The notes under the pieces were generated by a model. The model saw nothing but the letters and a program-made list of their open reading frames with translations. It was not told the DNA's origin and did not search any database. The position numbers and the translations under genes were made by a program. From Amoebophrya sp. A120 (lineage: Eukaryota > Protista > Dinoflagellata), in assembly GCA_905178155.1 (NCBI GenBank), contig CAJINV010000001.1:1787904-1851903 (forward strand): DNA of 64,000 bases, read 5' to 3'. Positions 11,877 through 24,900 of this stretch are shown piece after piece; within the stretch, counting starts at the first letter, position 1, and each line of letters starts with the position of its first letter.

Positions 11877-13164
11877 GCGCATACGCCTCGCCCCTGGTAG
11901 GACTTCTTGCTCCTTGTAGTGCTAGCACCCCTTTTCCATCGCAGTACATTATATCTCGCCTCGGCAGGCACATGCAAGTCTTGCGCCTGATAGAACTTCT
12001 TGCCCCTGGTCGGACCTCTTGCTCCTGGTCCTGGTAGCACATATGGGGCCCGCCTTCCAATGCCAACCCCTAGCGCCCTGCCGGCAAAGACCTAGCCACC
12101 CCGCCCTGCCTTCGGAGAGCTAGCGAACAACCCCCGCCGCCCCCAGGCTGGTTCCCTGTCGTGGGTGTGACTGCGGCCCCGGCAGGCCCCGGGCCGCCCC
12201 TTGTTGCTCTCGCGGCGCATCCGTTCCCGCCGGCCTGCGCCCCTTACGCCCCGCTACCCTAGCGCCTGCGCGGGAACGTCCACGGGCCCTTTTTTTTTCC
12301 CCCGCGCCAGCCATTTTCTTCTTTGCGCCAAAGCGGTGGAGGAAGCGCCCACACGCAATAAACAGGCACGCAGGCGCAAGTAGCTGCCAAAATAAATCGC
12401 GGCCGTAGGTACGTATCGGGGGCATGCTGTCGCTACCTTGCGGCGACTAGGTCGAGGCCCGCTGCTGTCCGCCGCCCGCCAAGGTGACAGCGGCGGCGCA
12501 CTCCTGCAGCCAGTCTTTTGGAAGAAGACGGCCGTCGCCCTCCCCCGCGTGGGTGGAAGAAGGGCGGGTCAGGCCACCGACCGGGGGGGCCACGGGGCCG
12601 GGCGAGGGGGCAAGCGCCGTGCTCTGGGGGGGGGCTAGCGCTAGCGCGCCAGTCAGTGGCTGTGCCCCAAGCGCCCGAGCCAAGCTAGCAGCGAGGGCGA
12701 GGCGGCCCCGGGTCAGGGTCTCGGCTAGGATGAAAAAAATGGTGGGGCGCAGCACTTTCGTAAATAAGCAAGCCGGGAGGTAGCGCCCTGGCAGGCCGAC
12801 TTTTCCCCCGCCCCGGCCAACCATTGCGCCGCCCCCGCTCCCTGGTTTTGCTTGGTGGCGCGCCACCTCGGCGCTAGTCAGCAACCGCGCGGGCGGGCAA
12901 GATTCGGGGCACGGTTGTTAGCTTCGAAAGCGCGCGGCCGCCGCCCCTGCGCTCCGTCCAACAGTGTCACTTCGGCGCCATCCCGCCGAACATGTGCAAG
13001 GAAAACGGGTGGGCCTTGCTCCCTCGCACGCACGCCCCTAGCAGCGCCACTACGGCTACGCGACTTGGTAGGGCCTTTGCTCTTGTACCCCTCGCCCCCC
13101 GCGATGCCGTTTCGACTATGTCGACTGCTACCCCAACAACCTGAACGCCGACCGCTACGGCTAC

Positions 13165-13380
13165 TCCTATTTCCACGCCTACTTCTACACCTACTCCCAC
13201 GCCCACCGCTACGCCTTCCTCTGCGCCTACTTCTACGCCTACTTCTACGCCTACTGCTGCGCCTACTTCTGCGTCTACTTCCACGCCTACTTCTATGCCT
13301 ATTTATATGCCTACTTCTACGCCTATGAATGCGCCTACTTCTTCCCCTACTCCTACGCCTACTTCTCCGCCTGCTGCCAC
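13165..13380. repeat. 12-bp tandem repeat (CCTACTTCTACG)
   Basis: Degenerate array. It reads PTST on + and SRRR on -. Confidence 0.9.
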
Positions 13381-14325
13381 GTTTCTTGAGTTTTGCGCTT
13401 CCTTGTGCGCTTGCTTCTACCTCCGTGGCCACGGCGATGCCTCTGGCAGGGTGCGTTCGCAAATGACCCGGCTCCCGGCACTCGGCGCAGCCGACTTGCC
13501 CCCCCGTCTTCGTTAGGCCACTGAGGCTTTTTGATGCCGCGTTGGGTCAGTAGCCCCGGCGGAAGCTAGGGCCCATGGAATGTAGTCACTTTGCGTTTTC
13601 TTTGGGCCGGTTGTTTGCTTCATCCTTCCAAGCAACCGCCCGCATGTGGACCAGGGACGGAGCGCATGAAAGTCTCCCGGGCTCCATCCTCGAGGACTTC
13701 TATGCACTACATATCTACGGACGCTGCAAAATCTACAAGCCTTTGAGTCAGCTCGTCTATGTTTCTATGGTCCCTCAATTATGAAGAAGTTGCCGCGCCG
13801 TTGTGCCAACACGGCGGCGCGAGTGCAACATACTTCTACTTCACGTAAGATTTCTAGAAACAGTTCGCGACCATCAAAAATCTTGCTAAAGCTACAAGTC
13901 AGCAAAACGAATTGCCATATACAAGCCGTGCTAAATCTTTATCTTTCAAACGAGGAGGACAACAGGACATATATTTTTGACGAGCAAAGACGATAAGGGA
14001 CGAAAGCGAACCTCTCGTCACATAATTTTCAAAAGGGCGACGAAAACGAATTGAGGTGCGAATTCAAATTAATTGAGAACGCTGGATGCTACGGGTGCAA
14101 TCGTGTTTCTATGGCATTGGCAGAACACATAAAATGATGCAACGGAGCAAGCTAGCAGTAGTCTGGGAGGCCGCGACGGCCATAAGTTCCGTGGTGAGTA
14201 TAATCCCACGTGTAAAAATTTGTATGGAATTGCGATGTTGCTGTTGTCGCCGTCCTCGCGTCTGGCACCAAGGGAGGGACCAGACCACGGGGATGAAAAA
14301 AAAGTTTCTACTTTTTCACATAGTA

Positions 14326-15052
14326 CTAACTTGGATCAGTATCCGGACAGAACCGGCTTTCAATGCTCTTCATACATGCCTTAAACGTGACCGGACTGGC
14401 GGTCTTCATGGCGATTCCGAGCAACAAACTCTGGTAATCGGACTGTGTTTTATACAAAAGTTCCATCAACCGTCTGGCGTATACCCGCTGGTATTCCGTC
14501 TTCTCGTTTCGAGCTCCGAACAAAACCTGCATATAGTAGAGAAATAAATATTCATAGGTTCTTACTGCTGCACCAGCGCAAGAATTCTTACTCAGACTTT
14601 TGATCACCTTCAGAAGAACCCAATGGTGCACGAAGTGTCATATTTTTCTTGGGGATGGAAGAGATTCTGGTCACAAAAACAAGATGAGCATGAAGAAAAC
14701 AAATGAAAGACTCATGTAAAATTACCGTGGTCTCGTAGGTCGTGTCTGGAATGAAGGCCGGGTCGGTTATGCAGGGCTCTTCGTCGACTGTCGCTTGGAT
14801 CCAGCTCCCGATTTTCCCACACTGGGTGATAACTACGAGAAGTTTTTTGTGCATCACGGTGACCGCAAACTCTGTTATTCTCCCCTCGATTTCCTCTTCC
14901 CAAGTCACGGTTTGGGGGAAAAAATCCTCGTCGCTGGGGGGCTTTCGTGACAATTCTGGGTGAGGCTGAGCCATCAGGCTGAAATTGAGATCGCGGTCGT
15001 CGTCTTCATCCGCGACCATGTCGTGATCTTCTTCAAAATTTCGCGTCGCCAT
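14326..15052 (-). CDS. PSMG3: Proteasome assembly chaperone 3-like, 2 exons
   Basis: LLVVITQCGKIGSW...YETTV/LFGAR...YARRL...LLLGIAMK matches the PAC3 family pattern. GT-AG intron at 14527-14725. Confidence 0.75.
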
Positions 15053-15962
15053 TTTAAGCCTATTTGTCTAAAAGAAGTATAGAAGGATCTAGATCTTCCG
15101 GGGGGAAGATACAACTACGGGGCTGGTTGCTCGGAGTGATAATGACGGCGAATTGATGAAATATAGCACGCTGTATTCTAGTACTAGAAGTGTTTGTTCA
15201 ATAGACAGTCGAAAAAGTCTTATTTCAGGAGATAAAAGAAAATGACTTGTACTATACTAAATTTTGTTTCGTGGCTGGGCGGTAACAATAAAATCATGCA
15301 TGTCGTGGCCAACACAAGAGAAGCAAAAAGTGGTGGAAGTGCTGGAGACATCATCTACTTCTAACTCTAAGGACCCAAAATAACCTAGTACAGGTTGCCC
15401 GTCGGTAAATTGCATGCAAAAAGTCGATGGGTGGACCACGACTTTACTATCACTATTGGATCGACCGGATCTTTGGAGGTGATGTGGAGCCAACAAGGTC
15501 AGCTTAGATGATCGACAAGTTTAAAAGTTCTGATCCGTCGCTGAGACAGTGGTTCCTGAGTCCAGGCGTAACATCTTACTCGAGTGCCAAGACTCATGCT
15601 GCGCAGACACTTTTTTTTTTCAGGAAAAGCTGTTCAATAGTACTGGAAGTTGTATTAAAAACTGGTACACTGATGTCCTCTGGGTCTGGTACAGAGTGAA
15701 GCACCAGCAAATAAAGAGGTGCATCTGGTGTTGTACAATTTGAAAATTGAATTTCAAGAAAAGGGATCGAGTTCGTTCCATGATCCGCAGAGGACGATCA
15801 ACAAGTACAACTGCTTTCATGCATGGAACTTCTTCTCTAAGAACTTCATGTCATATGAAATTAATAAATTAAACCAAGCAAAATTATGGAACTCGATCGC
15901 TCGCTGACCCGATCTATATGCAAGAAAAGAAAAACACTTTATCTTTTTCTTGTGTTTGTTTC

Positions 15963-18900
15963 TTACGTTTTTTCTTCCTCTTCCCCTGCACTATACCCGC
16001 ACAGCCTTGCGATCCGGTCCCCGGTCCCTCGGTAAGGAAACGCACGGTAGTTGTATTTTCTTTCCCTGGTCCCCACGATCCCGTGCTGTTTTTGCCATTC
16101 GGACAAGCCAAAACGGACACAGTGCTCCTCGGGTTTGCTGTCGATCAAACACCAGAGCGTGTCCTCCAGCAAATCGTGAAAGAGTTCCCCGTTGCAGGAC
16201 CCTGGATGCAGGTGCTCCCACGACCGAATCCAAGCGACGTAATCGTGGTTGTCAGAAAGCTGGTCTACCATCAATCGTATCGGGTATTCCGAGGGGTGCA
16301 TGGAGCCCCGTCGGGGTTGCTCCCGGACGCGCGGGTACTGGAACTCTTGAGAAACGTGGTCGGACACCTTCCCCTATGAAATGCAAAAGCTTCGCGCTCG
16401 TAAGAACTAATAATTGCAGACATGCATGACAAATCTCCTTCCGAAGCCGAAACAGCATTACAAATTCCATTTGTCATGCTGAGCTAATTTGTAATGCGAA
16501 GAATTTATACTGGTACGATACTACTTTTGCACAGGATATCCCCACGGAGGAGCGCAGGTTGAGAAACACCGTTCGTTCAAAGCAATTCTGGACCTCCCAC
16601 TCCCGGTTCTTCACTTTTTCGCACAGGATCTTGAAGCAGTCTTGAACCGTCGCACTCGCGAGGAAGTTCGCTCGGATGGTGTATGAAGTGCAAATATGTC
16701 TGGGTCTGGAAACTTGCGATGCTGGTTGGCGAATCCTGAGGACGCCATAAGTGACGGCTCAGCATGACAAGTTTCTGACTTGCTAGATATTGCGTTTTCT
16801 GCATGACAAACCGCGTTTCGGCATGACAGAAAAGTGGGGCTTTTGGGTAACGAGCATGACAGCCTTTGGAGTCATGCTAACAGAGCATGACAGACCTTCC
16901 ATTCTTCCAGACCCAGACATTTTTGCAATCCATATGGTGCGGTAGGACACCAAATTCGCGACGAGATTCACCGTGTCCAGCTGGTCCCGGAGAGGCGCGA
17001 CGACCTGCATGGAGTTCTCAAGCGTCACACTCTCAACTGTTGCGTGAATTTGTCATGCGAGACTACCTTAAGGTTAAGCCGCCACGTGATAAAGCTGCTT
17101 CGCATGACAAATCTCCGAGAGGCTAAGCAGCGTCTAAATCTGTGCCAAATCTGTGATGCGAAAGCGGCAAGCTTTCCCATTGACTGTTGCCATTCTTGCG
17201 TCACAAATTCACGCAACAGCTGAGAATGTAACAGTTGAGAGCGCCATAACCTGCATGCTGAAGGTGGAATGTTTGTCGTTGCAGGGAAAGCGGGTGAAAT
17301 AGGGGTAGAACGTCGGGGAGAGAAGCAAAAACCGGTAGGATGTGACGCCGAAGAGCCCGAGGATCACGTTGTCCAGCGTCACGCCGTGCTTCCTGGCGAG
17401 GTAGGGGAGAAAGGACACCGGGGAAAACTCGAGAAAGTACTCGTAGTCTTCTCGTCTTTTGACTGATTCCCAAAACGGCATCAGGTCCGGTCCGGCGGTA
17501 CGGGAGCGGTTCACGAGGGATTCGTAGAGCCGCTGATCGCACTCGAGCATCGCGTTGGTCTTCAGGGTGGACAGAGACTCGGAACTGGTGGTTGTAGTAA
17601 GAGTACTGTGGGGAAGTACACTTTTACGAGCACGGACGGGCCCTCCATCTTCTTCAGAGCGGTCGGCACGATCTGGCCCTTGACCATTCGTGGGATCATT
17701 CTTGTCCTCCAGCACCTGAATGGGGCCGCGCCGGTCGGCCGCCGTGGCGTCCTGCCCATGCGGTGAAGATGTCACTGTTTCCGGATTCTCGTTTTTTTCG
17801 GTCGGCTTTCCAATTCCATGCACGAGCTGCTGCTGGAGCTTGTCAAAAAAGCGTTTGGCTCGGATCCGCGGATCAAGGACGAGTGCCGTCAGCCCAGTGG
17901 GATTATTTTTGTCCGTCGTTACCGACTCCATCCTGCGACTGCTCGATCCGAGAAATGTTGAAGCACTAGTGTTTATTTGATCTTCGGAGCTAGAGCCTGA
18001 CGAAGAAAACACACTTCTTGTTTTCGTATTTGATGTTGTTCGTGCTGGTGGTCTTATTGTACTAGAAAACGAGTCGTAGAAGTGCACAAAGTCTTTGAGC
18101 AACGGGTTTCCACTTCCGCCATCTGCAACACCGTGAGTGAAATGTAGCTTGAGCACGTGCCGCCGCTGGTCCGCTGTAGCGGAAAGGCGTTGACGTCGTG
18201 TCGACAGGACAGCACGAACTTGCGGCAATACGTCGTGGTAGCTGTCCCTCAAGTAGCTTGGCAAATCTCGGTAGTCCGGGTCACCGGCAGATTCCGTTTC
18301 TTCCGCACCAGGAACGTCGGCTGTAGGAGCACTACGAATGGCGCCTTTATTCGCAACAGCAGAAGCTGCAACCGGCGCGTCGGATGAAGTTCTCTCGCTT
18401 TGAATACTCCGCTGTCTTTCCTGAGACGCACGAAAATCAATGATCTGAAAGTATCGGGAAAATTGCGCGTCGAGGTCCGCTAGAAGTGCTGTCGCTCCCC
18501 CGCCGAACTGTTCATGCTGGTGTCCTGCAGCCGCAACGCAGCAACGTGGCCAACCGATGTAAAGCAGTCGCGACAACCAAGTGGAGTTCATCTGCATCGC
18601 ATGGGAGGCTGCGCTCTGCATGTAGTTCAGAAAGTCACCCGGATCGTAGAAACTGAGACGCAAACCTGATGAAGTAGAAGCTCGTTGTAGGTGCAGAGTG
18701 ATCATCTGGTCAGCAGGATGATCTAGAACAAATCGAATCAGAATTAAAAGGTGAAGAGCACGCGCACGGCTACTTAGAAGCAGAATTTCCGAGAACATCA
18801 AATTGTTGTACCTACGTGACGCTTGATCAGATGCAAGACAGCACAATGCACGGCCTCGATGTCCCACGCATCTTCTCGCAGCAGCGTAAAAGTGACATCG

Positions 18901-21900
18901 ATCCGATGAAAGGATTCACTCTCCGCGGTCCGGTAAAGACGACGGTGCTCGAAAAGCAGATCACCCGGGTAATCCGGGTCGGAAACAAGCTCCCCGGTCA
19001 TCGCGGAGCGTCTCGCCCTGTCCTCATCGAGAACTCTTTTCCCACTTTGAGTGTCGACACACTTCGCGCGCGGCGGGTAGGGGAAGCCTGTGGAAGATGA
19101 TGCAACCCTATTGCTCGAAGTGGAGCACGACGAGGGGGGCTCTCGTCGAGCGACAGGAGTTTGTTCCAAAGGGTTTTGCTCGTTCATTGCCGGTCTCTGC
19201 GAAGAACTACACGGCGGGCTTGTCGGCCGCGAAGGAGCTGCAGAAGATGGGGCGGCGGATTCTGAATCTCTTTGTACTGTCACCAGTGATGATATCTGTT
19301 TTTTCATCTTCGCATCTCCAGTTTTATTTCTTGGCGCAAAATGAACTTCGTGTCCCGTATTGTTCATATCTTCAGCATCTCCTTCTGGCTGTCCTGCTTC
19401 GCGGCCTGCAGTCGTCTTTTCCGCGCCGTCGTTGACAAGCCCCTCCTGTACCAGCTGCTTTTCCACTGTTTCTGGATTTTCGACCCGGATGCTCGCGTAC
19501 ACGTCGTCCAACGTAGCGCATTGTAGCAGCGTGCTCACCGCTATCGAAAATCCAGCGGCATTCAAGCGACTCGCGAAGAGCATCAGCCGCAAACTGTCCA
19601 AACTAGCCTGCAATGAACTGCGTCGGTGCAAGTGGATCGAACTTCTGTACAAGGCACTGGCACTATTGGCCGCGCTAGTATTCATTCCAGACGGTGCAGG
19701 TGCTGTACTAGCAGGTTCAATTATTCTCGTCGCGATCATGTTGATCAGCCGTTCTTGTGCCGTCAAAGGCTGTTCGTCCCTAGCAACATCTGTGGCCTCT
19801 GAAGATGCAGAAGTACTCATTTCTATTTGCGCCTTCAACAGATCGTCCCCCATCTTGCTGTAGTATGCCATCGACAGCTTTGCCGCCCTATGGGTGTGTC
19901 AGGATTGAAATCGACAAAGTTGAAAGAATCTGTGATGCATAAAATGCAAGGCACGAAGTGACTGTCTTGCAGGGATTGCAAGTGAGGCCGATTGTGAGCC
20001 TGTCTCGGGTTTGGAATAGAGCTGCTAAAGTAGTATGACAAAGGATGCCGCCTTTCGCTAAACGGCATGAAAAACTAGATTTCGATGACGTCAAAATTTG
20101 TCATGCACAGCTTAGAAATTGGGCTTCCGACTGGTATCGGTTTTACGCATCACAAATTTTTCAACTTTGTCAATTTCAACCCTGACATCAGTTCCATACG
20201 CCTTGCCTTCGTACTGCGGGACCGAGGCTGTTCGACGGAACCAGAGGGGCGGCTGAGGTGCGGAAGGAGGAAAAATGGTACCCGAAATATCGGCCGCGGC
20301 ATCGAAAATTCCTCGGAGCTGGGAAGAAATTCTGTCTGACGTAGTTCTTGCAGTAGATGTTGATGAAAAGAGCCTGCTGAACAAGGCGGATGGGGCGCTG
20401 GTCAAGACAAAAGAGCGACGGCGCTCTCGCTCTGTCGGGAGCAACAGCCTCGTTGCTAAAAGTTTGTTCAGTAACAAATCCGTAGCGCCTTTGCGGGTCC
20501 AATACCAAATGGACCTCCCAACCGGTGCCGCGAACTCTGACCACAGCAAGTCCCGACCGTGCTGCTCAAAAAAGTAGTAACCGAGCTGGTACGAGTCGTC
20601 TTTGAAAACTTGCGAGAAGCCCATGAAGAACATAAAAGCGAAACCCAGCGGGCGGAGAAAAACGTAAAACACAACCGCGAACTCGGTATTCGGCCGCTCG
20701 GAGACCGGGTACAAAACCAGCGGAAGTAGCACATCGTGTGAGAAAGCAACGAACCAGAGAAAGAGCAATGCATTCAAGTCGAGCCAGCGCAGGGCGCAGA
20801 ACATCACGAGAAGGTACTTTGCAATCCACTCCGCGGAGCCAAAAACAACCTCCGCTGCCTTCCTCCATGCAGGCGGCTCGTCTACTTGCGGGGTGGGTGT
20901 TGTACTAGCGCGTGAAGCTGCAATTGCAGGAGCGCGACGACCCTCTGCATCGACGTCCAGTGGTGCCTCAGGAGGAACTTCGTCCACAATTAGCATTTCG
21001 AGCAACTTGAGCGTTCCGTTGCGTGCAACTCGCGCCAGAAAAACTTCATGGATCAACACAAAGAGCCAGGGGTTGCTGAGCGAGTATTTCCGGACTAGGC
21101 TTGCCGCGTAGTAGACGTAGGGCAGCATCAGAAACCGAATGGGGCCGACGCAGAGCCAGATTGATGTCAAGAGTAAAAAGCCGGTCAATGTCTCCCTGTA
21201 TTTTTCGACCGCGGGGTAGGCTTGATCAGCGAGATCAGAAGTATGTTGACCTAGGGGCGCCGACGACGAATTCAACAAAGCAGCCTGCTGCAGTACATGA
21301 TCACGGCGTTTAGCGATGTTCTGTCGGGAGGTAGACCGTAACTGTTTACGTTGATCATCGGCTACTTCGTCCTCGTGTTTACTGCCGATCGAGGGGCCGA
21401 CGTGATCGCCAGCGCCGCTGGTAGAATCAGGCTGTTCTGTCATCATTATCCCCAGCAGTCGTCTCTTGTGGATCTTTCCCGTCGCTAGCCGCGGCCACTG
21501 CCGGACCGAAACGAATTTGCTTGGAACCAAGGCTTTTGGAAGTTTCCGCGCACATGCCCCGCGGAGGGCGCTTATGTCAACATCTCTATTGGTCGCTTCG
21601 AAGAACGCAACAAGCTTCTTTTCCGCTGTCACGAGGCACACCGCTTCTCGGGCCGCTTCCCGGCAAACCGCTTCGATCTCCTGCAGGTTGACGCGCATCC
21701 CTTGCAATTTCACCTGTGAGTCTTTCCTACCAGCGCCGAGCAGGTCGGGAGTAGTTGTCCCCACAGCCCGTCGGGCAACGTCCCCAGTACGGAAATTTCG
21801 GCCCGGACCGGAAATACTTGGCTCAAACGGTATTTTTTTACTCGAAGGACGGCGTGCGACAGGTTGAAGTTTATTCGGCCCGCTTGCGGATTCGCGTGCA

Positions 21901-24900
21901 CGCAAGAATGAGTAATTTGCGCGTTCACGAACGCGAAAGCAAGGGAGTGCTTGCTCGAAGAAGTGAAGAAAGCGACCGACTGCAACGAGTTTCCTCGAGA
22001 GGCTGCCGCTGTCATGTCGTGGTGCTTGAAGTTCACGCAGAACTTCCGAAGGAATAATCCAGGGAAAAGTCGTGCTATTTTTGCTCCACCCTCCTTGTTC
22101 GCCTTCGCCCTGCTGTGCCTGGTCGTTCATCCCACCGGCTAGTGTACCCATCACTGACAGCGTTAGCCCCCAAAGCCAGTCGCTTGCACTACGATACTGA
22201 AGGTTGTTCAGCTGTCGTTGTATTTCGGTGCTTCGTCCCTTCGTTCTGTAGACGAGTGCTTTTTGTGCACTGGCGAGTTCTAGACGAATCGAATGCGAAG
22301 TAGCCCCATCGGTGCCTGGAAGATGTTCCCCTGACGAAGGAGACGAGGGTGACGATGCAATAACATCTTTGCTCGTATTAAAAGCAACATTTTCACCAGC
22401 GGGACGGTTCGATGCTTCGCAAAACATTTTCCACCACGCCTCTGGATTTGCTTGATATGGGTCAAATCCTCCAAGAGCATCCCGAAAACTGCAGCCATCT
22501 TCTCCCTCATGATGTTCCTCCGAATTACTTCTACGCTCGTCCTGGATGTAGTATCCCAGCCCCGGTCCTTGCGTCTCGAGCTCCCCGGGGGCCAGCCAAC
22601 CCCCGTCTCGCTGCAGTTGGCAGCGCCGATACGGGGTTGGCTGCCCGAGCGGCACGACGCCGTGTCGTTTTATTTTTTTCCTTTCCTCTTCCCCGGGCGG
22701 AATCTGCAGCAGCGTCGTGGTGTCCGCAGCCTCCGTCTGTCCGTAGTGATTCAGGACGTACTGAATACTGTTCGCCAGAGGCAAGTACTTGGCCGGGAAC
22801 GGTTCGCCCGTCAGAATGACGCGACGGAGGGTGGGAATCTTGGACAAATCCAACACGTCCGACATGGCATTTAAAACACTTGGAACGAACTGGCAAGCTG
22901 AGATGGCAGCTATAGGATGAACAGCTTGGGATTTTTCTTTTCTGCAAGTTGTAGGCGAAGGCGTTGAAGTACTTGGTGCTCCTCCTCCTGCGAGAGGTGG
23001 TCTTGTGCAGCTGTTGCTCTTTTCAAGCGGTGCCACCAGTACCGCCGCAGCGTTTGCGAAATCGGACACGAAAAGACTTGCGCCGGAAATGAGTGGGTTG
23101 AAGATCTCGGGAAACGAGGCAACCCACTGCCAGTTGATGCAAGCCAGGACGGTGTCGTTTGCTTGCAGCGGGAATTTCTTCTGTAGATACAGCAAGTGCG
23201 AAAGGATATTCCGGTTCGTGACCATGACCGGCTTGGGGCGCCCGGTCGTGCCCGACGTGTGAAAGACGATTCCGGGCTCATGGAAGGGATAATTCTTTAC
23301 CCAGCTGACGGCCCTGATCCGGTGCTCCGGAGTGTCCTTCTTCGATGGGATCGGGATGTAGTAGCCGAAAAAGAACAAGGCACGAAGAATGCACAAAATC
23401 TCGATGTCGCGAGCACTGTAGTCTTCGTCTTTTTCGCCATCCCCGCCGCCGTCCTCGACGTCGTGCTCGCCGCCCCCGACGCAGGGAAGGTTTGCGTTTT
23501 CTTTCTCAATCCTCCGCTTCAACTTCCGGAGTGCGCGGCTGGGCTTGACCGCAGGTCCAGGTCCACCTTGTGCTAGAACGCAGAGGCGTTGAAATTTCTG
23601 CACAAGGCGGCGGCGTTTCTTCGGAACCTTTGGAGGAGGTATCGGAGAAACATAATTTTCGCGCAGCTGATGTGGAGATGCTGAAGCTCCTTCCGCGGTT
23701 AATACTTCCTGTCCACCTGCTTCTTTTTCCTTCGCCGTGAGTAGCCAAGCGAGTTCCGCGTAGCTCACAGCCATGCGACCGTGGCGGATGAAAAGAGCAG
23801 TCTTGTGCGGGGTGCGCAGTGCTTGCTGCAGAACCAAGTGAATCACTTCCAAGCCCTCAGGGATGCGGTCTGGAGCAGTTACTGAGTCTGATGCATCCAC
23901 TATGTTGGGATTTTCGTCGTGGCCTGTTCTGATCGTGGTCCTTCCCCTTCGCTCAGCGTTTGTTGCTCTCGCTTCGCTTTCGCATGCTACAGTGGCTCGT
24001 GGTCCCGCTTGATATTCATCGCACAACAGCGAGGACGAGCCCGAGTTGTCCTCCCCTGCCTTGGAAGATGAAAGGCCCAATTGTATTGTTCGATCTTGCA
24101 GCATTTCCATTTGTTGTCCTTCCACCTCGCGTGTTGACAGCACAAGCTTCCGGATGCAGTCGGCCAGATCCTCCATTCGCTGCCGCGAATAGACTTTGCC
24201 GGAGTAGGAGAGACGACCAGTCTCTCCGAAAAGAAGAATGCACTCTTCTGCCCCGAGGATAGGTAATACACTGGTGGAGTGGTCTACGTCACGAGAACTT
24301 CTGCCACCATTTCCATTTCCATTATCTTGCTTGTCATTATATAGCTGCCGAGAACGCCTGGGCTCCGGCTCGTCGTCGAGACCATAGGGATGATGAATCA
24401 ATACGTCGCTTTCTTTCACCCAAGAAGGGACGTAAACGCAAGCCCAGGACGGCGGCACATCCGAGGTTCCACACGCAGCTTCGTGCCAACACTGGAATTC
24501 GACTTGAAGTTTGTTGGCTTGTTGAGCATTGTGAACTAGCCTGAGAAAATCCTTCGCCATACTTCTTCCGTGTTTCATCGAGGTTTGCGTTTGCAAAAGT
24601 GGCACCAGTCGTGAGGCTTTTTCCGCATAGCAGATGACAGACATTTGCTTTGTTGACGGTCTTGATGCTGATCGGCGCGCTCGCGGATCATCATGGGGGG
24701 CACCATCGCCTTCTTCACAACTTTTACTTTCTTCAGAACTTGGATAATAAAGCACACCGATTCCCAATGAGGATGCCGAATCGAACTGATGCCCCGCACT
24801 GAATGCACACGCCTGGAAAAAGGCCGATAGAAGCATCTCGTCGCGCTCGTCGTTGCGGCTAGTCGCAGCTGCTGCATGATCTTCCGCTTCGCCTATAATT

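Larger units (their letters stand above)
11033..13783. mobile_element. 2.75-kb TIR-bounded, GC-rich non-autonomous insertion
   Basis: Left TATAGTT..GACTATAGAC..CGAACTTGGCTCAAAGGCTGTAGA vs right rc CATAATT..GACCATAGAA..CGAGCTGACTCAAAGGCTTGTAGA. Composition shifts sharply inside. No transposase was recognised and no clear TSD is visible. Confidence 0.6.

Noticed and set aside
17003-17257. 9-bp direct repeat ACCTGCATG as a Mutator-type TSD
   Set aside because: The CATG of the left copy belongs to the TIR start (CATGG pairs with TATGG), leaving a 5-bp TSD like the other elements.
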